A stretch of 60,128 nt of DNA, filler included, from Asterionella formosa (lineage: Eukaryota), in assembly GCA_002256025.1 (NCBI GenBank). It is 6 parts of 6 records of this genome, joined end to end, with 100 filler letters (N's around TTAATTAATTAA, not from the genome) between each part and the next. Parts side by side here need not be neighbours in the genome. Positions count along the whole stretch, not along the records: positions 20,110 to 30,047 come from NKIB01010053.1; positions 30,148 to 40,084 come from NKIB01010055.1; 4 more parts are not named here. One strand, given 5' to 3'. How positions within the stretch are numbered: the stretch's first letter is position 1; each line of letters starts with the position of its first letter. A model generated the notes under the pieces. That model had not been told where the DNA came from. It saw only the letters and a program-made list of their open reading frames with translations, and searched no databases. A program made the position numbers and the translations under genes. This document shows, in pieces, positions 23,190 to 34,399 of the stretch.

Positions 23190-23800
23190 ATGTCCTGCGT
23201 TGATGCTGGTGGGTTGGAAAGGGAGTGGTTTGAACATGTCTCAGAACAACTATTTGATACTGATAGGGGACTTTGGTTGTCCTCGGTACACAATCAAATG
23301 TGCATGACTATTAATCCACCAAGCAGTGAGCGAGTCATGGTTGTAGCAATGTTGTTTTGGATCAATTTTTTGTTGTTGTTCACATCATGAATATATCCTC
23401 CTTCCCATGATACAGATATATCCTGCCCTGACGATTACCTTGTTTACTATCGATTCCTTGGCCGTGTCATGGGCCGAGCACTCTTTGATCGGCAACTTAT
23501 GAAAGGACCTCTGGTCCGTCATCTCTACAAACATCTGCTGGGCTTGCCAAGGCTCGATTGCTGCAATTTGTCACTGGAACATCAGGGGTGCCATCCCGAG
23601 GGTTTTCTGTACTGCAAGGAAATGATGGAAATATCAAAAAGTTTGCCATTCATGGAGTGGATAAAAATTCCTGTTTTTACCCACGAGCACATACATGTTT
23701 CAATCGTCTTGACCTACCCGACTAACAGTCAAAGAAGGAGCTTGAAGAGAAACTTAGGCTGGCTGTGACCACTTCTTGCATTGGTTTTGGGTTGGAGTAG
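23190..23800 (+). pseudogene. HECT E3 ubiquitin ligase (NEDD4-type) pseudogene fragment with internal deletion
   Basis: DAGGLEREWF, intron 23326-23415, [21 protein letters not shown], then a frameshifted jump to [14 protein letters not shown]...[13 protein letters not shown]; premature TAA at 23723; ends GFGLE* at 23800. Confidence 0.88.
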
Positions 23801-24039
23801 GCAGAATGCAAAAATTATGACTAGCCTCCCATTTTTGTATGGCTGTATTGGTTGTAAGCACTATAAGCTGTCCATTTTATGTGTTGAAACATCATTTAAA
23901 TAGCCTAAGTAATTAGGGTTAGGTAAAGGAAGGAGCTACAATGATAATTATCCAATGACAATGAGATGACTAGTGAAGTTGCCAAAAAGTAATGAGACCA
24001 TTTGACTTTTCGCCTGAAGCTAGGGTTAGGGTTAGGTTG

Positions 24040-24330
24040 TAATGATACCATCTTCTGCAGCAATCGTCAACTTGTTTTTGTCAGTATTCACAACCAATTT
24101 CTGAAGTGCTGTGCAACCATAGAGTACTGCACAGTATCATTCGATATTCATAGCAGACAGAATTATAGTGATACCTTGATTTGCAGCAATTGTCGCTCTG
24201 TTGTTGTAATTCACAGCCAAGTTCCCAAGCATTGAACAACCATATTCTTGCACAGTAGCATTCTTTGGACGTTCTTCCATAGCAGAAAAATTGTAGTGAA
24301 TTCTCCTTACAACAAAGTTCTGAAGCTTCA
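24040..24330 (-). pseudogene. Armadillo-repeat gene fragment
   Basis: AMEERPKNATVQEYGCSMLGNLA..NRATIAANQGITIILSAM then GCTALQKL..NKLTIAAEDGI, with an in-frame stop. Confidence 0.7.
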
Positions 24331-24469
24331 TAAGACTTTCTTCTTGCCCTGCCTGTAGCATTGACTAAAGAGATCATCATCATAGAAGACAGAATTGTTG
24401 TAATTTTTTCTATATTCAAGTTAGTATTGACCTTGTGGATACAGTTCTTGTTTAGATTTCACTTGAGAA

Positions 24470-24700
24470 AAAGTGAAATCCAGACTTTATTGTCCTTGAT
24501 TGCCTCAGTTATGATGGCCTTGGTACCCTCATTACCAATTGAATTACCATTGAGATATAGCATACTGAGATCATGCATCATCACCAATTGAATTATAACT
24601 GAGACTAAGTTCAGTCAAACTTGGATCATTTTCTTTCAACCATTTGACACATCTTTCCAATTCTGTTACTGTTTTCCCTCCAGATGATAGTCAAACCATT
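24470..24700 (-). pseudogene. Second degenerate RNI-like LRR fragment
   Basis: Shares GTTCAGTCAAACTTGGATCATT and AATTGAATTA units with 21960-22005 (NDPSLTELS..NSIGDD). Confidence 0.65.
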
Positions 24701-25794
24701 GTCAATCTCATCTTGAATGTAATTGAAGTTTGTTTATTGTTTTTTCAGCGATTTGATCCCCATCCCTGTATAAAAGTGTCAAGTGTTACTGACTTGGTAT
24801 ATAACAACAAGGTTATTAATGCTGCTTTACTATAATAAACGTTGTTATTTGTCATCAAGTCTGACTTGGTGGCATCAGACTTTGGACTTATAGTTGCAGC
24901 CCTGCAGTTACACATCGCGAGGTCTCTATTCTTCCAAAATAATTTTTTTATGTACTTCAATCTACACAGTACATACAACTAAATAAAATATTTCAAGGTA
25001 AAATTAGCTTTCACCAATACGACCACTTTGCATATGCTTAGATACAGTCATTCCTCGACTTCGGGGTATGATCTATATCCAGATATGGTAAGGACCTCAT
25101 TTTTGGAGAAAAGTGGCAGTTATCCCTCTTGGAATCGAAACTTTCCAAAAAATAGTCATAAAAGGGGGCTTCAAGCTTTTTTAAAAATCTACGAGGGATA
25201 ACTGCCACTTCTCTGCAGAACTTAAATCCTGATGTTATAGGGTACACGGCTATCTATTTTATTCCTTATGAAACCCCGTAGATGTAAGATAGAGCAACCC
25301 TCCTCAAAAAAAGTCGACCCGATCGGCTTTTTCAACAGTCGCAAAAATATTGGAATCAGAATTTGTACGTGCAAAAACCTAGACTTAGAGTCTTGCCCAG
25401 TATGTTTCGCTGAATAATTCTTAGTCCGAAAAGACTCCAGGGAAAGTTCCCGCGTCACTACACATATTCTGATTGGTTGAATTGAATTTACTCACCTGCG
25501 CCGAATTCGCTAACGTATCCCGGTCTTGCAAAATCTCGCCAGCCACACTTGAACCACACGTATTTGATATACTGAATACTGGTTGGCAAAATCATTACTG
25601 GTACTACCGGTCGTTTCATCCTGTCTTCCATCATGATGAACCAAGATTATGTACTACCTGCAACTCCGAGTACAGAAATACCTTTACCGGTACTCTGCCT
25701 GGGACTCCCGCACTGATTTACATACCGGTATATACCTTTGTGCATGGAGTGATATTGAAACTACATACAGCAACGAAGATTCAATATTGATGTA

Positions 25795-26054
25795 TAAACA
25801 CGACCCATGAGCATGCATGTTGGCATACTCCTAATTTATTTATGTGTTTTGGCGTAAAGCAAAATTATGTCTACATTCATTTTTGTTTGTTTAAAATGGA
25901 ACTCTATCCATCTGGCGCCGATTCCTATTTAATTCAAATACTCAAATGGACACTCAAATCATGGGAATTCATAGTAGGAAACTCCTTGTTACCTGCCGTT
26001 TTTACAACCCTATTGATGTTTTCTCCGAACCAGGGTTAGCCTGGGGCCGCAACC
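25795..26054 (-). mobile_element. Terminal fragment of TTAA-targeting Kolobok-like element A
   Basis: Reverse-complement homolog of 44856-45135; both copies end GGGGCCGCAACC|TTAA. Confidence 0.72.
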
Positions 26055-26058
26055 TTAA

Positions 26059-27115
26059 GGTTCCTGCATTTCAACCCTAAGGCAAAAATTCAAATATTGC
26101 TTAGGGTTGCCGAAATTCCCTGGAACTAAGAATTCATAGGAGCTTTTTTTGAATGACATGATTCCGTTTGAAATATTCAAATCAGTGGAAATTAGAGCAT
26201 ACGTACATAGATTCCTTTTTGAATAGCTAAATATATATATATAAATTGTGCATCACTGTATATATATGTACCAATGATTAATTTTCTTACATACAACCTG
26301 GCGGCTTGGCAAATATTTGAAGTGCACTCTAGGAGTGGTACACGTGTGTCAAATGATAATCATCTACCAGTACCCATAGTGGATATGGTAACAGATACCG
26401 GGGTACCAGTGATCATCCAAGAAATTTTTAAATGTGTATCCAGTGTGGCCAATGTGAGTTTGCAAGACCTTGCAAACTGGGCCAATCAAATATCGGTATG
26501 TAATTGAAGTTGACCAATCAAAATATTTATAGTGAAGCTGGCACATACAATGGAATTTTATGTACAGGAGATTTTACCACTAATTATTTTAGCACAAGAG
26601 TACCATTCCAATGATGACATTTTGGCAATTAGTGATTCTGATTCCGACATTTTGGAGACGATTGAAAAGGCTGATTTTGTCAAATTTTTGGGGGAGGACA
26701 GCTCAATGTTTGCTGGGTTTGAAGAAGAGTTAAGTACGTAGGTAATCTTCTTATAGCCCCAGAAGTTAACTTTTGGCAAGAAACTGCAGAAAGGAACTTC
26801 GGTTTTTTACTAGGCCAAATAAATGAGTTGGCCTGGTAAAATCCACTATTTTTTCAGCATAGTTTAAAAACCGAAGTTCCTTTCTACAGTTTCTGGCCAG
26901 ATCCTACATACTGACGTTATATAGAGTTGACCAATACCCCTACTTCAATCAATGACGGTATCTAAGCACATGGAAAGGGTGTCCAATGGTGAAAGCTCCA
27001 AGTAGTGGCAAACATATTTAGTTTAGACTGAGAAGTATGTGTTTGATTACCGGTAGTCTGATTCAATATTATTTTTTTAACCCTATCTCTAATCTAGGGT
27101 TGAAATGTAGGAACC
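26059..27115. mobile_element. Non-autonomous Kolobok-like TIR element B (1057 bp)
   Basis: 21-bp TIRs GGTTCCTGCATTTCAACCCTA / TAGGGTTGAAATGTAGGAACC (1 mismatch); TTAA on both sides (26055-58, 27116-19); GG...CC ends. Confidence 0.85.
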
Positions 27116-27274
27116 TTAATGACAAGGTTCCCCTCAACAACCTGCACCTATCATAGAACATAGGTATACCAGTATATGTACCACCGTACATGCACTTACA
27201 ATGGAAGTATCACACCAGCAAGAACAATAGTATGCTGCCTTTTCTCATCATTGACAATATGTATCTGTAATATC

Positions 27275-28339
27275 TTAAAATGATTCTCGAGTCCAGATTA
27301 TGATCAAATTTGAACTTGTTTTCCAAGTTATACTCTGACCAATTCTTGGACCCTTGGGTTGAGCCTCCAGGTCGATTCCAGAAAGTGCCTTTTGCAGGAC
27401 ACTATTAGGCCAATAGAATTGCGGTTGTCTTGGATTGGAAGTGTCAATTTGGTAAGTGAATCCCAAATGCGTAAAGATAGAACATTGAACTTGAATATGT
27501 GCAGTTGGATTGACCAACCCATTCCACATGCTACCAACCACCCAGTCCGAATTTTGTTTTTTGGCCTCCTCTGTTTCTTCAACGCAGATCTCCAGTTGAA
27601 CGTTAATTTTACTCCCCTTGCGGAGCAGTGTATCCTTCTTTGTCTTGCCGAATAGCGCCAACCCTGCATGTTTGGTTCGCTGTACATTTACGTCTTGATG
27701 GCACTTGTTAGATGAACTCTGAAAGCCTCCCTCGAACGTCCCCAAAGGAACAACCTGCTCCAAACCGGCATGTAGTTTTGCTGTTAACTCATTGCCGTAG
27801 TTGGAGGCCACTAACCTGCGAATATCTTCCTCGTTGTTCGCTTCTACATAGCGTATTGATAAGCTAGCACGCTGTATCACTGGATCTGTCTTGTATCGAA
27901 AGTCTTTGTAACGATAACCTTGTGGTATGTGGAATACTACTGTCCGTGTGTCATCACTGTCAAGTGTCATGAAGGGCCCTTTAATCCATCCTCCTTCTCC
28001 TGGTGACGGCACTTGTTGCGTAGGCCTGCCCCCCAACAAGCCGCACTTGCCCAAGTACACACATGGCGTGTAGGGAGGATTGGCAGTATTCATGATATGA
28101 ATGCGAGATCTACATGCCCAAACGTCTTGGCGCTGCAAACCTACAAGGAGCATCCTAATGTCTCCGGAGCTCACCACAGGTAGGGTGCTCTTGTGCGTAG
28201 TAGAGGTACCAGTGCCAACCTGAAGTACTGCCTGCCACTGACCACCTACTTGCCTAAACAGGACACGTTCGCCAGAAGAAGCAGTAAAAAGCCTGGAAGG
28301 GGTCTGGGCATTGGAGATACTATAGCCCGAGAATGGATA
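27275..28339 (-). CDS. Hypothetical protein, 5' structure unresolved
   Basis: Frame open from 28339 to the stop at 27275 with globular-looking composition; may join upstream ORF 28246-28857 by an intron or frameshift. No family recognised. Confidence 0.5.
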   Translation of the reverse strand, partial: YPFSGYSISNAQTPSRLFTASSGERVLFRQVGGQWQAVLQVGTGTSTTHKSTLPVVSSGDIRMLLVGLQRQDVWACRSRIHIMNTANPPYTPCVYLGKCGLLGGRPTQQVPSPGEGGWIKGPFMTLDSDDTRTVVFHIPQGYRYKDFRYKTDPVIQRASLSIRYVEANNEEDIRRLVASNYGNELTAKLHAGLEQVVPLGTFEGGFQSSSNKCHQDVNVQRTKHAGLALFGKTKKDTLLRKGSKINVQLEICVEETEEAKKQNSDWVVGSMWNGLVNPTAHIQVQCSIFTHLGFTYQIDTSNPRQPQFYWPNSVLQKALSGIDLEAQPKGPRIGQSITWKTSSNLIIIWTRESF

Positions 28340-29505
28340 TCAGCAACTTGAACTTTGGTAACATATGGCGCCGGTGGCAAAGACTTCACCCCATCAACAC
28401 GTGCCAGCGAGGCCGATCCCACAACCGCTTGCTGGGTTGTGCGCAATAGATGCTCCTGGGTTGCTTTCGGGTTTTTGGTGGTACCACCAGAGGGTGTGAG
28501 TTCAGAATAGGAGGAGGAGGAAAGATGCTGGTGCGGAGATGCCGTCTTGTCGTTGGATTCTTTCTCCCGCAGCTCGACGCACAGCTGCAAGACATTCGGA
28601 ATCATGGTTTGTTCCATGGTGGGCGCTTCTTCGTCGACTGCCGGAGCGCGAGTCCTATCCAGAGCTCCTTCTCTGAGGTCGCACAAGGCAGCACGAGTAC
28701 GCTCATTGGCCAAGACGGACAGGGGCTGGGGACCTTTCAGAGGAAAGGCAGGCTTCCCCGCGCCAGTCCCCAAGTCGCCCAGACTGCTGCTGATACTGGC
28801 ATCGACTTGCGCCCCCTTTGCGGGGAGGCACAAGCGAGTTGCTCCGTTCGCAAGCAAAGTCCCCGGGAGGTTGCTCGAACGTGGGGTCGCTTGTAGAGGC
28901 GGTGGTCATTGTGTGAGAGCACTCGGTCAATCGAAGGGATGGACGGATAGAGGAGAGAACGAAGAGTGTGATTTGAGGGTAATTTTTGAGACATGTATCA
29001 TTCCCAGCAATTCCACTCACAGATTTAAACGGTTTCTTTACGTGCGTTTAATCCAGTCGTACGCATGAGAGCAAGATGCTGCTAATTCATTTATTCGAAT
29101 GACATACGGAACTCAATCTTGACCATCTCTTTTTGAGGTTACTTCGTTTTCTTTGTAGGCTTGTTCAAGATGTGAAGACATATCACCACGTGATGGAGTT
29201 CCGCACTGTGTGGCAATGACCGAATGATCGAAGGGCTGACTATGCGGTAATTTTGCTGAATCAAATATTTAGCTACCTTTATCCCCGATTAAATTGTTTA
29301 TTTAAGCAAACTACCGGTACCACAACTTGCTAGTGGTCAAGTTGTGACTCATGGTGGGTCCGCCAGCGGCAGGAGTCCGTTCGGTGAAAACCGGCATGTC
29401 GAGATGTACAGGACATACCGGCAACAACTGGAAAATATATTAGAGTACCAGGAGGTCCTGGTACCGTAACTGATGCTGGTCCTGCAACCAGTGCCAGGGC
29501 AGCTT

Positions 29506-30047
29506 TGACAGAGTGTGTCTGTTAGGCTGTTGATGTCGACAGGTGTCCGAAGACTAGGTAGTCTGAGGAATGTCTAAACGGAAATAGACAGGATTTATAT
29601 AGCAGAAGAATCTGCAGACGAGCGGCGTGAGAAAGATCTTGACCGGTCATTCCAGGGCAGTACTGGAGCGCGCTAGAGTTGCGCCATATATTTCAACATG
29701 GTAGCGGGCTCGTTAGTACAAGTGGTACGAGGAAGAACGTGAAAACCAGAGGTCGACAGTTCGAGTCCATCAGCAAGAACAGAAAGAGAAAAGAGAAGAG
29801 AAAAAGAAAAACAGAGACGTAGAAAACGAGAAGGCACTATGAGAAATCCTGTAGGAAAGGATGTGTCGAGCATACACATTAGGATGATGTGGTATGTCGA
29901 GCATCAACAGGGGAGGGTGTCAGAGTGTGTCTGTTAGGCTGTTGATGTCGACAGGTGTCCGAAGACTAGGTAGTCTGAGGAATGTCTAAACGGAAATAGA
30001 CAGGATTTATATAGCAGAAGAAGCTGCAGACGAGCGGCGTGAGAAAG
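29506..30047 (+). mobile_element. TRIM-like miniature non-autonomous LTR retrotransposon (3' LTR cut by scaffold end)
   Basis: 5' LTR 29506-29698 (TG...CA, 193 bp), PBS TGGTAGCGGGC at 29699, 219-bp non-coding interior, PPT AGGGGAGGG 29909-29917, 3' LTR from 29918 with 2 mismatches in 130 nt. Confidence 0.88.
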
Positions 30048-30711
30048 NNNNNNNNNNNNNNNNNNNNNNNNNNNNNNNNNNNNNNNNNNNNTTAATTAAT
30101 TAANNNNNNNNNNNNNNNNNNNNNNNNNNNNNNNNNNNNNNNNNNNNCTGGCCAAGGAAGCATCACGTCTTTCTCTCCACTCGAGAATTTTTGCTCGCAT
30201 GATGGGTGAAGCGGATGCTGCGGCCTTGTTACGGCATTCGGAACTGCGACGATGTTCAGGAGATCACATTTATAGAGTTCGGGCTCAGGCACTACATAGG
30301 TCGTCGTCACTCCCTTCTCAGGGACTGGTTCGTAAGACACTTTGAGGATATCAACGACGATGTCACTAATGACTGAAAGGACTTTCACCCTAGGTCATAA
30401 AATCGAAGGATGGTGATTATTTTTAATGCCCCCATGTATTCGCTACCACGAGGAGTGCTAATATGATCGTTCACCCCGATATAAAAAACCAATGTTTAGA
30501 TATCAATTGTAACACCCTTTTGTTTATACATATATAAATGATAATAATTTTTTTGGTTTCCCTTGTCCATGATGGATGGGTGTATCGTATGGACTAAAGA
30601 ATCGTAATTAGGTATGGTTCTCAAACTGTTTTTATTTTCTTAAAATACATCCATATCTATCGACCTGCATCGCCGCACCCATGATTTTCATGCTGGTATA
30701 AATTCAATCAT

Positions 30712-31185
30712 TTATTCATCTAGTGCTACTGATGTTGATGAAAACAAATTACGAATGCTGGATTCTCGATGATTTGGTGCAAATTCCAAAAGTCCTTCAA
30801 TGAAATGTCGTGTTGACTTGGAATCTGATGTGAGTCCGGGTCGTTCAGGAAACAGGTCCCAATCCACAGTCAGTTCAATACTGCTACGACGGAAGCTTGT
30901 ATCATTGTTATCTTTCTCATACTCTCCCGAGCATAATGTTGCTGAAGTTACATTCGTGGTCGACTGCCATTGGATATGCTTCGTCGCGCTGCTACGTCGC
31001 CTTGCGATTGACTGATCATTGAATGGCGTCTGACTTGACGCCGATGATGATTTCAATTTAGCAGGCGGTGCCTCTGCAGGATGATGACCATCAACGGAAG
31101 ATTTGGATTTCAGTTGCATTCGTTGTTGGGACATGACTTGGATTGGATTGAGTATCGCAGTCAATTGAAGAGGAACGACAAGCAT
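30712..31185 (-). CDS. Small Ser-rich hypothetical protein
   Basis: 157-aa ORF only; no recognisable domain. Confidence 0.3.
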   Translation of the reverse strand: MLVVPLQLTAILNPIQVMSQQRMQLKSKSSVDGHHPAEAPPAKLKSSSASSQTPFNDQSIARRRSSATKHIQWQSTTNVTSATLCSGEYEKDNNDTSFRRSSIELTVDWDLFPERPGLTSDSKSTRHFIEGLLEFAPNHRESSIRNLFSSTSVALDE

Positions 31186-32416
31186 TCAAAAGAGGAAAAT
31201 GTGGGTACAAATTTATTTTGTAAAATACCGGTACCAGGTAGTACTCCTGGATTACCTACCCCCACTGCAGTATAAAGTCTAGATGGTGATGTCTGCATCA
31301 CTCTTTCCGAATCCTCTTTACGATCACTTCATGATGCAAGCAGCCCCCGTGTCAGTAAATATGTATACATGGCTATATATAAATCAATATTTTGACCAAG
31401 ACAAGCATATATCATTTCTCAGATTTACGATTAAGAATGACTCCAGGTGGCTACGTATACATAGTCCGTACCGGTATCCTATGATATTGACATTTAATTA
31501 CGGTACTATTTCCGGGAGTAAGTACACACAAGGACGAGAATGCCCTCAATGCCTGTCTGCAATGACCCCCCATGAAGGATCGTGAAATACCGGTAGCTAT
31601 GCAAATCTAGACTGCATAGGCCTGTAGTCCATTTGTTCCTGGAACCGATTGGTCATGATGACGGCAGGTACTAACAAAAGTCCAAGGACTGTATGCATAT
31701 GTGTTAAGACGACCATTGTGATCACACTCCTGGTACCAGTTCCAGGTACCAGGCACCAGTACCAGTAGGCCGGCAAACACACTTGACCGGCCTACACATC
31801 CACCGCCCATCAACAGGCACGCACCCCCGCCCAGCACCATGCTTAACGATCAGAATCATCAGACCATCATTGACTGACCGCGTACTTACGTACATCTTCC
31901 AGTAGAACCTACATACCGGTGCTGCTCCCGTTGGTCCAGTAACAGCAGAGGCATTGACAATTAAAGTTTATCCGGCGACATTTTGACTGCTAGTGCGTAC
32001 GATTTTCTCCGGTTTAATTGTCCTTTGCAAAAGCTACAGATCCTTGGAAAGTTCAACAGGAACGTACTATAAAATTTACTTAAAAGTTTATATTGATACA
32101 TATATAGAAACATATAAAACTTGGTTTTGTGCTTTGTTTTCGATTAGTTTACTTCTTTTGGCCATCTCAAGCAAAATGGAGATGCATGAGGACCCTTCTC
32201 TCTTACCAACACCTCTTCTCAACAAGCATGTTAGGAAGTATATAACAGTAGAACAATGGCAACTTGCCATTAATTATGGATTGTGCAACCATGAAAGTGG
32301 AGATGACGTGGGAAGAAAACAAGAATGGTGCGCTCATTTTGATGGTTCATTTAATTGTAACCACTAAAGACAGTAAATGGATAGACTGAGATTCTATCAT
32401 GTTATAATTATGATAG

Positions 32417-32665
32417 GGGAATGACTTAGTAGTTAGCACACCTCATGAGGTGGCGGGTTCGATTCCTGCATTCTATACCTTTGTCCTTTTATGTAGTAGC
32501 TAGTCCATGGGGTTCTGGGTGTGTGGCTGACAAGGAAACAGGTCCTATTGTACCATACAGCTGGACAAATATTGATAAACCAGTATAATCATTGTGTCCA
32601 TTTATTTGGGCATGAGTGCAACTATTGGATAGCTTTGACATACTGTAAGATTTAATTGACAATTA
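32417..32665 (+). mobile_element. tRNA-derived SINE (about 250 bp) with 21-bp target-site duplication
   Basis: tRNA-like head with A-box-like TGACTTAGTAG and B-box GGTTCGATTCC; exact flanking direct repeat ATCATGTTATAATTATGATAG at 32396-32416 and 32666-32686. Confidence 0.8.
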
Positions 32666-33419
32666 ATCATGTTATAATTATGATAGTTACATGGTTATTC
32701 TGTTTCCTGCAAATATTTAAGTGGCCAGCCAATTGTTAATTCTACCGTAGGATTTGCCCAACAGGAGTATCTGCTGTACACCCCCCACTCCCCTTCATCC
32801 TCTGTGATGGCCGTTAACACATGTGTGTACAGCATCTGATGGATATTGTGGTTATATTTTGTCTACCGCATTGTATGCTATGCATATGGTGACCGGTATG
32901 GTGTCTCAACCGACAAGTAGCCACATGTATGAGGCATTTGTGTTCATCAGTGATAGATGCTGGTACCTGGTACCAGGTTGTCTATGAATATTCTATACAT
33001 AGACAGGCCTTTGTCGGAATCGGTATACCGGTACCAGGAAATCTGTGTACCAGGTGCTGTATAATAATATAGGTAATATATACGCCACACGTGATGTGCG
33101 TCCGGCAGATAGAGTGGTATGCCTATACAATACTGGCTGTTTGTAGGCTGCAGCGCCGGAATATTTGTCTGGTCGGTGATGCAATGGTTTTATGAGTTCA
33201 TGTGGATTTTGGAAAACGCGATGTCGGCGTTTGTTGGTTTTGTTGTTGTTTTGATGGAATGAAAGGGCATCGTTGAATAAGGGTTATAGCGGAACGGTAC
33301 GTCGTCGTGGAGGTGGAGCGTACTGAGCAAATAAACGCGATTTCAATGGGCTGGTGTTGCTCATGCGTTGCCATCGTTCAGGTGGGTAGAGGTGGGATAC
33401 AACCAGAGTCTTTCACATT

Positions 33420-34330
33420 GGAGTATGCAGTCGTGCTATTGATGGCTGAGACTTGTTGTTGGGCCATTGCTGGGAGGTGCCGGAGGTATTCTTTCCAGGA
33501 GTCACTCTTCCAATGAAGGCAGTATTGGATGATGTCTTTTGGCATGTGGGCCAAGAACAGAAGAACACAAGTGCCTACTTGTGCAGAGTGAGTTGATTAT
33601 TTTACTAGGTCAAGGGGGTTATTGACTTTGTGTACAATGCTTGCTAAGTTTTTCATCTTTTCTGGTATTTCCAGGTCATTAATGAGTTTTACTGTGGAGG
33701 TTAGATGACAATCCACCACGGTGTATATACAGAGTGGGTGTAGTGGGGGTATGTGATGGTCTTTTGCTCAAACAAAAATTCGAAGGATAGAGCAGATTGG
33801 GCAACGTTCAGGATGGTTGTCATCTTTTACTAGGTTGCGGGTTTGATCAACTTCTGAATTTTTTTTGACGTCGCCAGTTTATTTCAATTTTGGAGATATT
33901 GAAAGGCGATAATATGATGGCTTGTGTTGCAGAGATTGTGTGTTCATCGGCGACAAAGAAACGAAAATCTTGTGCAAAGAATGCCTTTGGCTCATTGTTA
34001 ATGTTGTAAGCTATTATGCCCCTGTTTGTATGTGTTGAGTATTGGCAATATTCAGACAAGCGTAAACCAGTGTATAGGGCCAGGGTTAGCCAATCAGCCA
34101 AGGATGTGGTGAGGCTGTTTGGATTGGATTCTTTTTGTGCTTGTTTGCAGAGGAAATTATGCATTTCTTTGGTAAAAGGGTTTCTTTTTGGGGCTGGTTT
34201 TCCCATCGAGCGATTTCCTCAAGGATTGTTTGCAATTCATAGCAAAGTCCTGTGTGTTGAGAGGTGATCCGAGGATCTAGGAGAATTTTTGTGTCATCGA
34301 CAATTAACTGTCGGCAATGGTTTAGTAAGT
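33420..34330 (-). pseudogene. Decayed tyrosine recombinase of a DIRS/Ngaro-like element
   Basis: Across frameshifts: DPR..ILEEIARWE, ADWLTLALYTGLRLSEY, CPI..ILRI, HSAQVGTCVLL...HWKSDSWKEYLR. Confidence 0.78.
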
Positions 34331-34399
34331 GTTGAGCAACATGATGGTTGAATCCACCAATTGAGTCTCATTTCACCAATGTGCCGTGGATTGTGCTTT

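Noticed and set aside
26059..27115. piggyBac assignment from the TTAA target
   Set aside because: Ends are GG...CC, not the CC...GG typical of piggyBac.
30148..30388. Minus-strand ORF at scaffold edge
   Set aside because: Short, truncated, no ATG start and no recognisable family.
32416..32476. Functional tRNA gene
   Set aside because: Anticodon arm is collapsed and D arm poorly paired; the flanking TSD favours a SINE head.
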